A DNA stretch of 64,000 bases from Bacteroidota bacterium (GTDB taxonomy: Bacteria > Bacteroidota > Bacteroidia > Flavobacteriales > Flavobacteriaceae), in the NCBI GenBank assembly GCA_040387655.1, contig JAZKDI010000003.1, positions 177,659-241,658 on the forward strand, in the 5' to 3' direction. The first letter of the stretch is position 1; every line of letters begins with the position of its first letter. Positions 26,244 through 34,832 of this stretch are shown here, piece by piece. A program made the position numbers and the translations under genes. The notes under the pieces were generated by a model. That model was given only the letters and a program-made list of their open reading frames with translations. It had not been told where the DNA came from and did not search any database.

Positions 26244-29200
26244 CTATTTATATTCAATAATCAAGTCACCCAATTCTACTAATTTATTTTCAGTTAGAAT
26301 CATTTTACTTACTGTTCCCGCTAGATTGGACATTACTGTATTTTCCATTTTCATTGCTTCAATAGTAAATAAAGCTTGGTTTTCTTTGATTACATCGCCT
26401 TCTTTAACCCATATTTTACTTAACAAGCCTGGAAGTGGCGCACCAATTTCTTTCTCGCCAACTGCTTTACGGTTTTGGTTTTCCACCAATTTAATTGAAT
26501 TGTCCTTAATCTCAACAGTCCTGGTTTGTCCGTTCAGTTTGAAATAAACATTTCTGATTCCTTTTTCGTCAGCTTCCGATTTGTAAAGGAATTTTATAAT
26601 TATGTTTTTTCCTTTTGAAATATTAACAATAATTTCTTCATTTGGCTTCAAGCCATAGAAAAAAGCGGTAGAAGGAAGCACACTTACATTTCCCCATTCT
26701 TTATTGGCATTGAAATAATCTTCAAAAACCTTTGGGTAGAACTTATACGAAAGGAAATCAGGCAAAGTCAATTTAGATGAAAACTTGGCTTTGAAAGCTT
26801 CGAATTCACCATCAAAATCTACTGGCGAAAGATGTGCATTTGGCAAATCCGTAAATGGCTTTTCGTCTTTCAATACCATTTTTTGGAAATCTTTTGGCCA
26901 TCCACCATCAGGTTGTCCTAATTCTCCCATCAACATTCCTTTTACTGAATTAGGGAAAGACAACGTATTCCCTTTATCCAGAACGTCTTGTTTGGTCAGA
27001 TTACTGTTCACCATAAACATCGCTAAATCCCCAACTACTTTTGATGATGGTGTAACCTTTACGATATCCCCAAATAAATCATTGGCATCTTCATACGCTT
27101 GTTTAATATCTGCCATTCGCTCTTCAAGACCTAACGAATAGGCTTGTGGTTTCAGGTTAGAATATTGTCCACCCGGAATTTCGTGCTTATAAACTTCGGC
27201 TGTACTTGATTTTAAATCCGATTCAAAAGGATAGTAATATTCTCTTACATCTTCCCAGTAATTACTGTATTCGTTTAGGATGTTTACATCAAAATCAGCC
27301 TGTCTTGGTGTTCCTTTCAATGCTTCCACAAAAACATTAAAGTTCGGCTGCGACGTCAATCCAGACATTGAAGACAAGGCAACATCGATAATATCAACTC
27401 CAGCTTCAACCGCTTTTAAATAGGTTGCCGATTGGATTCCAGCCGTATCGTGAGTATGCAGGTGAATTGGAATATCAATTGATTTTTTTAATTCGGTAAT
27501 TAATTTCTCTGCAGCATACGGTTTCAATAAACCAGCCATATCCTTAATACAAAGAATATGTGCACCAGTATCTTCAATTCGTTTAGCCAAATCCAAGTAA
27601 TAATTCAGGCTGAATTTCTGACGTTCCGGATTCATAATATCACCCGAATACCCCATACAAACCTCAGCAATTGAATTTGTGTCTTTGATAACCGAATTGA
27701 TGCTTGTTCTCATATTATCGATACTGTTCAACGAATCGAAAATACGGAAAACATCAATACCTTTTTGGGCAGAAACTTCAATGAATTTCTCTACTAAATT
27801 ATCTGGATAAGCGGTATAACCAACTGCATTTGAACCTCTAATCAACATCTGAAGCAATACGTTTGGCATGGCCGTTCTGATTTGTTCCAAACGATCCCAC
27901 GGACTTTCGTTCAGGAAACGCATTGCTACATCAAAGGTAGCTCCACCCCAAACTTCCATCGAAAACATCTGAGGGAAATGCTTGGTAAACGACTGTGCAA
28001 AAGGAAGCAAATCGGCTGTTCTTGCTCTAGTTGCCAATAGTGATTGGTGCGCATCACGCATCGTACAATCGGTGAACAAAATCTGGTTTTGATTGGTAAC
28101 CCATTTCGAAAATTCCTTTGGTCCCAGTTTGTCCAACAATTGTTTTGTTCCGTCAGGATGTGCCAATATAGAAGAACTATCAGGTAATTTTGGCGTGATG
28201 AATTTTTTGTTTGGCAAAATAAACTTCACATCCGGATTTCCGTTTACGATAGTATTCGCAATATATTTAAGGTTTTTAGTACTACTGTCTTCCCATTTTT
28301 TTACCTGCATTAATGACGGATTGTCGCCAATAAAGTTTACGGTAATATTTCCGCTTTGAAAATCTGGGTGTACGATTAAGTTTTCAAGAAAAGGAATATT
28401 GGTTTTTACTCCACGGATTCTAAACTCTTTCAACGTTCTCAAAAGTCTTTCGCTCGTTCCTTTCAAAGTTCTTCCTCTAGCGGTGATTTTTACCAACATC
28501 GAGTCGAAGAAAGGCGACACTTTTACCCCAGGATACGAACTTCCTTCATCAATTCTAATTCCGTAACCACCGGCATTTCTGTAGGCGATAATAGTTCCAT
28601 AATCCGGTGTAAAGTTATTTTCAGGATCTTCAGTTGTGATTCGGCACTGAATCGCAAAACCATTGCATTTCACGCTTTCCTGACCTAAAATATAAATCCC
28701 AGGGCTTGATAATTCGTGACCGCAGGCAATCAAAATCTGGCTTCTCACGATGTCAATTCCGGTCACTTCTTCAGTCACGGTATGTTCTACCTGGATACGC
28801 GGATTCACTTCGATGAAAAAGATATTCTCTTCTTTATCAACTAAAAACTCCACTGTTCCTGCATTGTTATAGCCTACTTCATTGGCAATTGCCAAAGCAT
28901 GGGCGTATAATTTATCTTTTGTAATTTGTTTTAAATTAGGAGCAGGTGCAATTTCTACCACTTTCTGGAATCTACGTTGCACACTACAATCACGCTCAAA
29001 CAAGTGAACAATGTTTCCGTGGTTGTCACCCAAAATCTGAACTTCGATATGTTTTGGACTTTCAATGAATTTCTCGATGAACATAGTATCGTCACCAAAG
29101 GCAGTTTTTGCTTCACGTTTTGCTTCGTTGAACAATGACTCCAATAAACGCGCTTCACGAACCACACGCATTCCACGTCCACCACCACCAGCAGCAGCTT

Positions 29201-29681
29201 TGATCATCACGGGAAGTCCGATGCGATTTGCTTCTTTTTCTACCGTAGCAAAATCAATCAAATCCGCCTGACTGTCAAGAATCAAAGGCACATTGGCTTT
29301 TTCGGCAATTTTTTTGGCAGCCACTTTATCACCCAATTGTGACATTACTTTTGGGCTTGGACCCACCCAAAGAATATTGTTTTCTAAACATTTAGTCGCA
29401 AACTCCACATTTTCAGAAAGAAAACCGTAACCGGCGTGAATGGCATCTACACCTTCGCGAACGGCAACACGGATTATTTCATCAATGTCCAAATACGGTT
29501 TTAAAGGCTCCGAATCCTTACCGATTTGATAGGATTCATCCGCTTTATATCGATGAAGAGAATACCGGTCCTCGAAAGTATAAATAGCTACGGTTTTGAT
29601 TTTAAGTTCCGTGGCAGCACGGAAAATACGCAACGCTATTTCGCCTCGATTGGCAACTAACAATTTAGATATTGTCTTCAT
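26244..29681 (-). CDS. pyc: Pyruvate carboxylase
   Basis: Biotin carboxylase (ANRGEIA, ERDCSVQRR), carboxyltransferase (RDAHQSL, HTHDT) and biotin-attachment EAMKM domains. Confidence 0.97.
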   Translation of the reverse strand: MKTISKLLVANRGEIALRIFRAATELKIKTVAIYTFEDRYSLHRYKADESYQIGKDSEPLKPYLDIDEIIRVAVREGVDAIHAGYGFLSENVEFATKCLENNILWVGPSPKVMSQLGDKVAAKKIAEKANVPLILDSQADLIDFATVEKEANRIGLPVMIKAAAGGGGRGMRVVREARLLESLFNEAKREAKTAFGDDTMFIEKFIESPKHIEVQILGDNHGNIVHLFERDCSVQRRFQKVVEIAPAPNLKQITKDKLYAHALAIANEVGYNNAGTVEFLVDKEENIFFIEVNPRIQVEHTVTEEVTGIDIVRSQILIACGHELSSPGIYILGQESVKCNGFAIQCRITTEDPENNFTPDYGTIIAYRNAGGYGIRIDEGSSYPGVKVSPFFDSMLVKITARGRTLKGTSERLLRTLKEFRIRGVKTNIPFLENLIVHPDFQSGNITVNFIGDNPSLMQVKKWEDSSTKNLKYIANTIVNGNPDVKFILPNKKFITPKLPDSSSILAHPDGTKQLLDKLGPKEFSKWVTNQNQILFTDCTMRDAHQSLLATRARTADLLPFAQSFTKHFPQMFSMEVWGGATFDVAMRFLNESPWDRLEQIRTAMPNVLLQMLIRGSNAVGYTAYPDNLVEKFIEVSAQKGIDVFRIFDSLNSIDNMRTSINSVIKDTNSIAEVCMGYSGDIMNPERQKFSLNYYLDLAKRIEDTGAHILCIKDMAGLLKPYAAEKLITELKKSIDIPIHLHTHDTAGIQSATYLKAVEAGVDIIDVALSSMSGLTSQPNFNVFVEALKGTPRQADFDVNILNEYSNYWEDVREYYYPFESDLKSSTAEVYKHEIPGGQYSNLKPQAYSLGLEERMADIKQAYEDANDLFGDIVKVTPSSKVVGDLAMFMVNSNLTKQDVLDKGNTLSFPNSVKGMLMGELGQPDGGWPKDFQKMVLKDEKPFTDLPNAHLSPVDFDGEFEAFKAKFSSKLTLPDFLSYKFYPKVFEDYFNANKEWGNVSVLPSTAFFYGLKPNEEIIVNISKGKNIIIKFLYKSEADEKGIRNVYFKLNGQTRTVEIKDNSIKLVENQNRKAVGEKEIGAPLPGLLSKIWVKEGDVIKENQALFTIEAMKMENTVMSNLAGTVSKMILTENKLVELGDLIIEYK

Positions 29682-30026
29682 AATTTTTAAAAAAATGTTA
29701 TTGGTTAAACCCTTGTTTCGGTGCGCTAAATTATATCTTTAAATTACGAAAAAAAAGATTATTTTGTTATATACTGAACTTTTATTTAGTTAATTGTTAA
29801 TTTATGAGTTATAAATCAACTAACATTTGTTATTTTGTTAAAAAAATAAACTTTCCTAAATAAATTATGGGTAACAGAAAAAACGATTCTTCAAATCAAA
29901 AGTATTTTTAAGTCAAAACAGCACTAAAAAACAATGACTTAGGTTTAAAATATTCTTGAATGGCTTATTTTAACAGATGGAAAAAATGGTTTTTGGTTTT
30001 TTAATTTTTTTTTTGGATTAAAATCT

Positions 30027-30034
30027 TATATTTG
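30027..30034 (+). promoter_or_regulatory. -7 box TATATTTG
   Basis: Exact match about 130 nt before the next ORF. Confidence 0.4.
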
Positions 30035-30165
30035 AAAATATACAGTGATTTATAAATTGGATTTATTATACTACTCTACTTTAAATCTGGTTGCTTTGTA
30101 TGATTGTTATACATATAAACAAGTTATGTGTGATTTTACAACAACGAACACGTATTCAAAACTTA

Positions 30166-31227
30166 ATGCAAAAAATGAACAATAAAATAATTTCAAAATC
30201 CGAAAGAAGTTTAACAAATACTATCATTATTCTTATTGGTATAATTTTATTTTCATTCTTCATATTTTTATTAAATAATAACTTCCAACCCAAAAATGAT
30301 TATGAAGAAAATCTTAAAATAATAGGATTTTTAGTTTTAGCATTAATCATTTTTTACTGTATATATTATTTACTTAATCAAAAAAGAATTTATGTATATG
30401 AAAACTATTTTGAAATCAAAAATTTATCACAAACAAGAAAATATCATTTTTCTGAAGTAACAACTCATTATTCAGACTATTTTGAAGGAAAATACAATTC
30501 TTGGACAGAATATTATTTGATTTTGAATTCAGGAGAGAAATTGACATTTATTGATAAAGAGTACTCGAATTTTTATGACTTCTTTTCCAAAATAAAGATT
30601 AGAGTAAAAAAGAACAAAGATTTAAACAAAAAATTATCTCAACCAAAATTCCTAAAATACTCTATAATTTGTGGGATTATTAGCTGTATAATGTTTTATT
30701 TTTCAAGTTATTTTTATGATTTTAAGACAATTAAAAATAGTGATTTTTCATATATTTCAAGTGAATTAGTAAATGACATAAACCTTATTAAAGGAAGAAA
30801 AGGAAGAAAACGGTTTGAATTTGAATTAACAAATTACCCAAATTTTGTATTTATCATTTCTGGTGCAAATTATACAGGTATATTAGATGATGATATATTT
30901 CTAAAAACATTTAGAAGGGGTGCTTTAGTAAAGATTGGAATACAAAAAGATGAATTCGAAAAAAAAATATCTAAAACAAAAGAATTAAATTTTATTGATA
31001 AGTATTTAAGATTCTCTAAAATCCAAGTTTACCAAATTATTGACAATAAAAATATACTTCAAATAGATATTAGAAAAGTTAATAGTTGGCATGCTGAAAA
31101 CAATTATTGGGGCATTGGAGTTTTCTCATTTATAGGATTATTGTTTTTATATCTAACTATTGGAAATTATAAAGCTTATATCAAATCTGACAGCTCGGAT
31201 TTGCAATCCCTGCACACAAAAATTTAA
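30166..31227 (+). CDS. AT-rich orphan membrane protein
   Basis: About 4-5 TM segments with soluble loops; start uncertain (TTG 30091, ATG 30166 or ATG 30175). Confidence 0.65.
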   Translation: MQKMNNKIISKSERSLTNTIIILIGIILFSFFIFLLNNNFQPKNDYEENLKIIGFLVLALIIFYCIYYLLNQKRIYVYENYFEIKNLSQTRKYHFSEVTTHYSDYFEGKYNSWTEYYLILNSGEKLTFIDKEYSNFYDFFSKIKIRVKKNKDLNKKLSQPKFLKYSIICGIISCIMFYFSSYFYDFKTIKNSDFSYISSELVNDINLIKGRKGRKRFEFELTNYPNFVFIISGANYTGILDDDIFLKTFRRGALVKIGIQKDEFEKKISKTKELNFIDKYLRFSKIQVYQIIDNKNILQIDIRKVNSWHAENNYWGIGVFSFIGLLFLYLTIGNYKAYIKSDSSDLQSLHTKI

Positions 31228-31300
31228 TATATCTAATAAAACAAAATCTATATCTCCCGCTGGCGCAAGTGCATAATAAACAAGATCTAGAATTGAATCA

Positions 31301-31531
31301 CTTGTATAATTACCTCCTCCATTTGTATAATTACCTCCTCCATTTATAAATATGTCTCCTCCACTTATAAATATGCCTCCACCACTTGTAAACATGCCTC
31401 CTCCATTTATAAATATGCCTCCTCCACTTATAAATATGTCTCCTCCATTTATAAATATACCTCCTCCACTTATAAATATGTCTCCTCCATTTACAAATAT
31501 GCCTCCCCCATTTACATATATGTCTCCACTA
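31301..31531. repeat. Minisatellite, 11 x 21 bp
   Basis: Consensus YTTATAAATATGYCTCCTCCA, no spacers, units counted by hand. Confidence 0.95.
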
Positions 31532-31587
31532 CTTATCTTTTTTAAAAAACCTTAACCCAAATTTATTATATTTATATAAAAAACAAA

Positions 31588-32235
31588 ATGGCAAAAATGA
31601 GCGGAGCATATCAAGATGTATATATTAAAAGGGACGGTCAGTTGATTAGCCTGAAAAATGATGTAAAGGATTTTTGTGAAAAATACATAAAACCAATACA
31701 TCCTAAAAACTGGGATTGGTCTGAAAGGGATTTTGAAGACCCAAAAAACGACCCAACTATTGAAGAAGCACGGGCAATTAGAAATGTCATCTATAAAGAT
31801 TTGAGTGCTACTGAAAATACAGCAGTTGATCTCTCTACAATGAATAATGTTGAGGCCATCAAAGCCTATTTGAATCCGAAAAGCAAGCATGAAGAATTCA
31901 ATATGGATGAGTTTGCTTTTGCGCTGAAAGTAGAATTGGAACACGGAAAATTGAAAGAAGTGAATGTCACTAACAACCATCCTTTCTTAACGGCAATGAT
32001 TGCGCTGGCACACATGACCGAAAGCCTTACCTACTATAAACGACTGCAAGTAATGGAAGCTGAAGGGGAAATTTATGAAATCCTGCGTAAACTTGAAAAA
32101 TCCAGTAAGGACAATGAAAAATTACACTTGGAATTAATTAAGGCAGAAACCGAACTCAATGATTTTAAGAAACAACTTTCGGAGCGTTTAGACAAAATGG
32201 ATGATATACCTGCTTTAGAAAAAATTGGTGACTAA
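31588..32235 (+). CDS. DUF5661-like protein with N-terminal extension
   Basis: KVELEHG..VNVTNNHP..TAMIALAHMTE..YYKRL..ME motif; coiled-coil C-terminus. Confidence 0.7.
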   Translation: MAKMSGAYQDVYIKRDGQLISLKNDVKDFCEKYIKPIHPKNWDWSERDFEDPKNDPTIEEARAIRNVIYKDLSATENTAVDLSTMNNVEAIKAYLNPKSKHEEFNMDEFAFALKVELEHGKLKEVNVTNNHPFLTAMIALAHMTESLTYYKRLQVMEAEGEIYEILRKLEKSSKDNEKLHLELIKAETELNDFKKQLSERLDKMDDIPALEKIGD

Positions 32236-32307
32236 TTACGTTCTATTCCAATGCCTGTTTTCTTTTCAAAAAAAGCCAGTCAAGTTTACATCACTTTTTT
32301 AAGATAG

Positions 32308-32315
32308 TAATTTTG
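32308..32315 (+). promoter_or_regulatory. -7 box TAATTTTG inside a GATAGT-N10-ACTATC palindrome
   Basis: Seen directly at 32303-32324. Confidence 0.45.
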
Positions 32316-32363
32316 ACAACTATCGATTCTTATTTCAAATAGCTTACCTTCACAAAAAAAACA

Positions 32364-32789
32364 ATGAATAAAGGCGGCCCAATTATAATTATAGAAGACG
32401 ACATCGATGATCAGGAAATCTTAACCGAAGTTTTCAATGAACTTGAATGCAAAAATCAAATCATCTTTTTTCCTGATGGAGAACAAGCTTTAGAATACCT
32501 AACTTCTACTGATGTCGAGCCATTTATAATTTTTTCTGATATAAATATGCCCAAGTTAGGTGGCATGGAATTAAGGGCGAAAATTCATGAAAACGAGGAT
32601 TTAAGATTAAAATCAATCCCTTATCTATTCTTTTCTACCAGTGCCGAACAGAAAAATGTTGTTGATGCGTATTCAAAATCCATTCAGGGATTTTTTGTTA
32701 AGCCAACAAGCTACAAAGAGATTAAAGAAGTGATAGGCACAATTGTAAGTTATTGGGAAACTTGCGTTTCTCCAAACTATGTAAAATAA
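32364..32789 (+). CDS. Single-domain response regulator (CheY/Rcp1-like)
   Basis: IEDD, SDINMP, STS and VKP receiver motifs; no output domain. Confidence 0.92.
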   Translation: MNKGGPIIIIEDDIDDQEILTEVFNELECKNQIIFFPDGEQALEYLTSTDVEPFIIFSDINMPKLGGMELRAKIHENEDLRLKSIPYLFFSTSAEQKNVVDAYSKSIQGFFVKPTSYKEIKEVIGTIVSYWETCVSPNYVK

Positions 32790-32805
32790 GCCAAAAGTGT
32801 AATTA

Positions 32806-34368
32806 TCATTTCAATAAGCTCTGCCCTATTTTCAACGCACATTTCTCTCCATCAATAGCCGCAGAAATAATTCCGCCTGCATAACCTGCGCCTTCGCCAC
32901 AAGGATACAATCCTTTTATTTGTAGATGTTCTAATGTTTCTGCATCCCTCGGAATACGAACTGGGGATGAAGTCCTTGATTCGGGTGCGTGCAATATTGC
33001 CTCATTGGTTAGATAGCCTTTCATTGATTTCCCGAACTCGGTAAAACCTTCCCGCAATATCTGGGTTAAAAATCCTGGAAAAACCTGCCCCATTTCGACT
33101 GAAGTCGTTCCTGGAACGTAGGAAGTTTTAGGAATTTCGGAAGATACTTTACTTTTTGTAAAATCTATCATTCGCTGTGCTGGGACTTTTTGGGTTTGTC
33201 CTGCTAAATGCCATGCTTTCTGCTCGATGCTTTTTTGGAATTCCATTCCTGCCAAAGCACCAAACTTCTCGTAGGGTTTGAAATCTTCGAGTTTCAGTTC
33301 GATTACAATTCCGGAATTGGCGGTTGCCTGATCCCTTTTTGAAGGTGACCATCCGTTGGTAACTACTTCGCCGGGACTCGTTGCACAAGGCGCAATCACC
33401 CCTCCGGGACACATACAGAAAGAATACATTCCGCGACCGTTAACCTGCTTCACAATAGAATATGGTGCTGGAGGCAAATGTTCTCCACGGTAATCACAAC
33501 TGTATTGAATTTGGTCAATTAAAGATTGCGGATGTTCCGCTCTTACGCCTAAAGCAAAAGGTTTGGCTTCAATAAATATTTTTTTTCTGTCCAGTAATTC
33601 AAAAATATCACGGGCTGAATGTCCTGTGGCTATTATTATTTTATTGGCGGAAATTGTATCGCCATTTTGAGTAACAATTCCTTGTACTTCATTGTTTTTT
33701 ATAAGAATATCGGTCAGTCGGGTTTCAAAAAGCACTTTCCCTCCCATTTCGATGATTTTCTCACGGATATCCTGGATAATCTGTGGCAGTTTATTGGTTC
33801 CAATGTGCGGATGCGCTTCTACCAAAATATCAGGAGTAGCACCAAAAGCAACTAATAATTTAAGAATTCTATCGATATCGCCACGTTTTTTGGAACGGGT
33901 GTATAATTTTCCGTCTGAATACGTTCCTGCTCCGCCTTCGCCAAAACAATAATTCGAATCTTCATCCACAATATGATCGACATTGATGGCTTTTAAATCC
34001 CTTCTTCTACCGCGAACGTCTTTTCCGCGCTCGATAACTATTGGCTTTAAGCCGAGTTCGATTAATTGCAAAGCTGCAAAAAGTCCGGCTGGTCCGGCAC
34101 CAACAACGATTACTTCCTGGGCATTTTCAACGTTATTATAATTGGGCAATTGGATTTCTTCTTCTATAAAAGTATCGCCTTGAAGGAATATATTGACTTT
34201 CAGGTTTATTTTAATAGCTTTCTGACGGGCGTCAACAGAGCGTTTCAAAATAGTGATATGTTGGATATCTTTTGAGGAAACCTTGATTTGTTTCGCTAGA
34301 TAGTCTTTCAACATATTTTCGTTGAATGCAATTTCGGGTGGAACTTGAAGGAGTAATTCTTTTGGCAT
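32806..34368 (-). CDS. FAD-dependent dehydrogenase (COG2509-like)
   Basis: VGAGPAG, FGEGGAGTYSDGKL, GEGAGYAGGI; start at MPKEL (34368). Confidence 0.88.
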   Translation of the reverse strand: MPKELLLQVPPEIAFNENMLKDYLAKQIKVSSKDIQHITILKRSVDARQKAIKINLKVNIFLQGDTFIEEEIQLPNYNNVENAQEVIVVGAGPAGLFAALQLIELGLKPIVIERGKDVRGRRRDLKAINVDHIVDEDSNYCFGEGGAGTYSDGKLYTRSKKRGDIDRILKLLVAFGATPDILVEAHPHIGTNKLPQIIQDIREKIIEMGGKVLFETRLTDILIKNNEVQGIVTQNGDTISANKIIIATGHSARDIFELLDRKKIFIEAKPFALGVRAEHPQSLIDQIQYSCDYRGEHLPPAPYSIVKQVNGRGMYSFCMCPGGVIAPCATSPGEVVTNGWSPSKRDQATANSGIVIELKLEDFKPYEKFGALAGMEFQKSIEQKAWHLAGQTQKVPAQRMIDFTKSKVSSEIPKTSYVPGTTSVEMGQVFPGFLTQILREGFTEFGKSMKGYLTNEAILHAPESRTSSPVRIPRDAETLEHLQIKGLYPCGEGAGYAGGIISAAIDGEKCALKIGQSLLK

Positions 34369-34432
34369 TTTTGATTGGATAGTTCGATTTTTGGATAGTT
34401 TGATTTTTAAAAACCTTACCAAAACATCAATG

Positions 34433-34493
34433 CAAAAATACTAATTTGAAATTAACTTATTATTCATTTCTGCAAACAAACTTTGTACCTTTG
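34433..34493. promoter_or_regulatory. Divergent -7 boxes (TATTTTTG minus at 34433-34440; TACCTTTG plus at 34486-34493)
   Basis: Exact TAnnTTTG matches facing each flanking gene. Confidence 0.6.
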
Positions 34494-34518
34494 ACCATTA
34501 ACTTTTGTACTTAAAAAA

Positions 34519-34755
34519 ATGTCCAGAAAAATAAAATTAATATGGGATTTTCGTGGCTCTGTTGCTGCAAAAACTGCCGAACACCACGAAGTTCATTTGA
34601 AAGAATTTATTCAAAGAAAAAAACTGGAATTGAACATCACAGGTTTCAAAGTCATTGATGATATGTATGCCTTGGCATTTATGGTAGTTGATGAAAAGGA
34701 TATGATTGCGGTACGGGATTCATTAAAACCGCATCGTGGAGAAGTCTTTGAGTAA
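34519..34755 (+). CDS. Small hypothetical protein
   Basis: 78 aa ORF with its own -7 box and an A-rich initiation region. Confidence 0.7.
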   Translation: MSRKIKLIWDFRGSVAAKTAEHHEVHLKEFIQRKKLELNITGFKVIDDMYALAFMVVDEKDMIAVRDSLKPHRGEVFE

Positions 34756-34756
34756 G

Positions 34757-34832
34757 CAGTGATCAGCGGCCAGTTACAGGATCAGTGTTTGTAATCTAGA
34801 TTACTGCAAACTGCGACTGCAAACTGAACACT
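34757..34832. repeat. Two facing CAGT heptamer arrays around a 14-bp palindrome
   Basis: CAGT units on + (34757-34789), GTAATCTAGATTAC (34791-34804), CAGT units on minus (34803-34832). Confidence 0.7.

Noticed and set aside
29682-30165. Structured RNA in the long pyc intergenic region
   Set aside because: Only short AT-rich stems, at chance level.
31301-31531. CRISPR array
   Set aside because: The repeats are contiguous with no unique spacers, and there are no cas genes.
31352-31555. Proline-rich 67-aa ORF (and the antisense 80-aa ORF 31153-31395) as real genes
   Set aside because: Both are by-products of the 21-bp array with no independent support; kept only as hypotheses in the finding.
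34369-34400. 16-bp direct repeat TTGGATAGTTYGATTT x2 upstream of the FAD dehydrogenase
   Set aside because: Only two copies of low-complexity sequence; no function can be supported.
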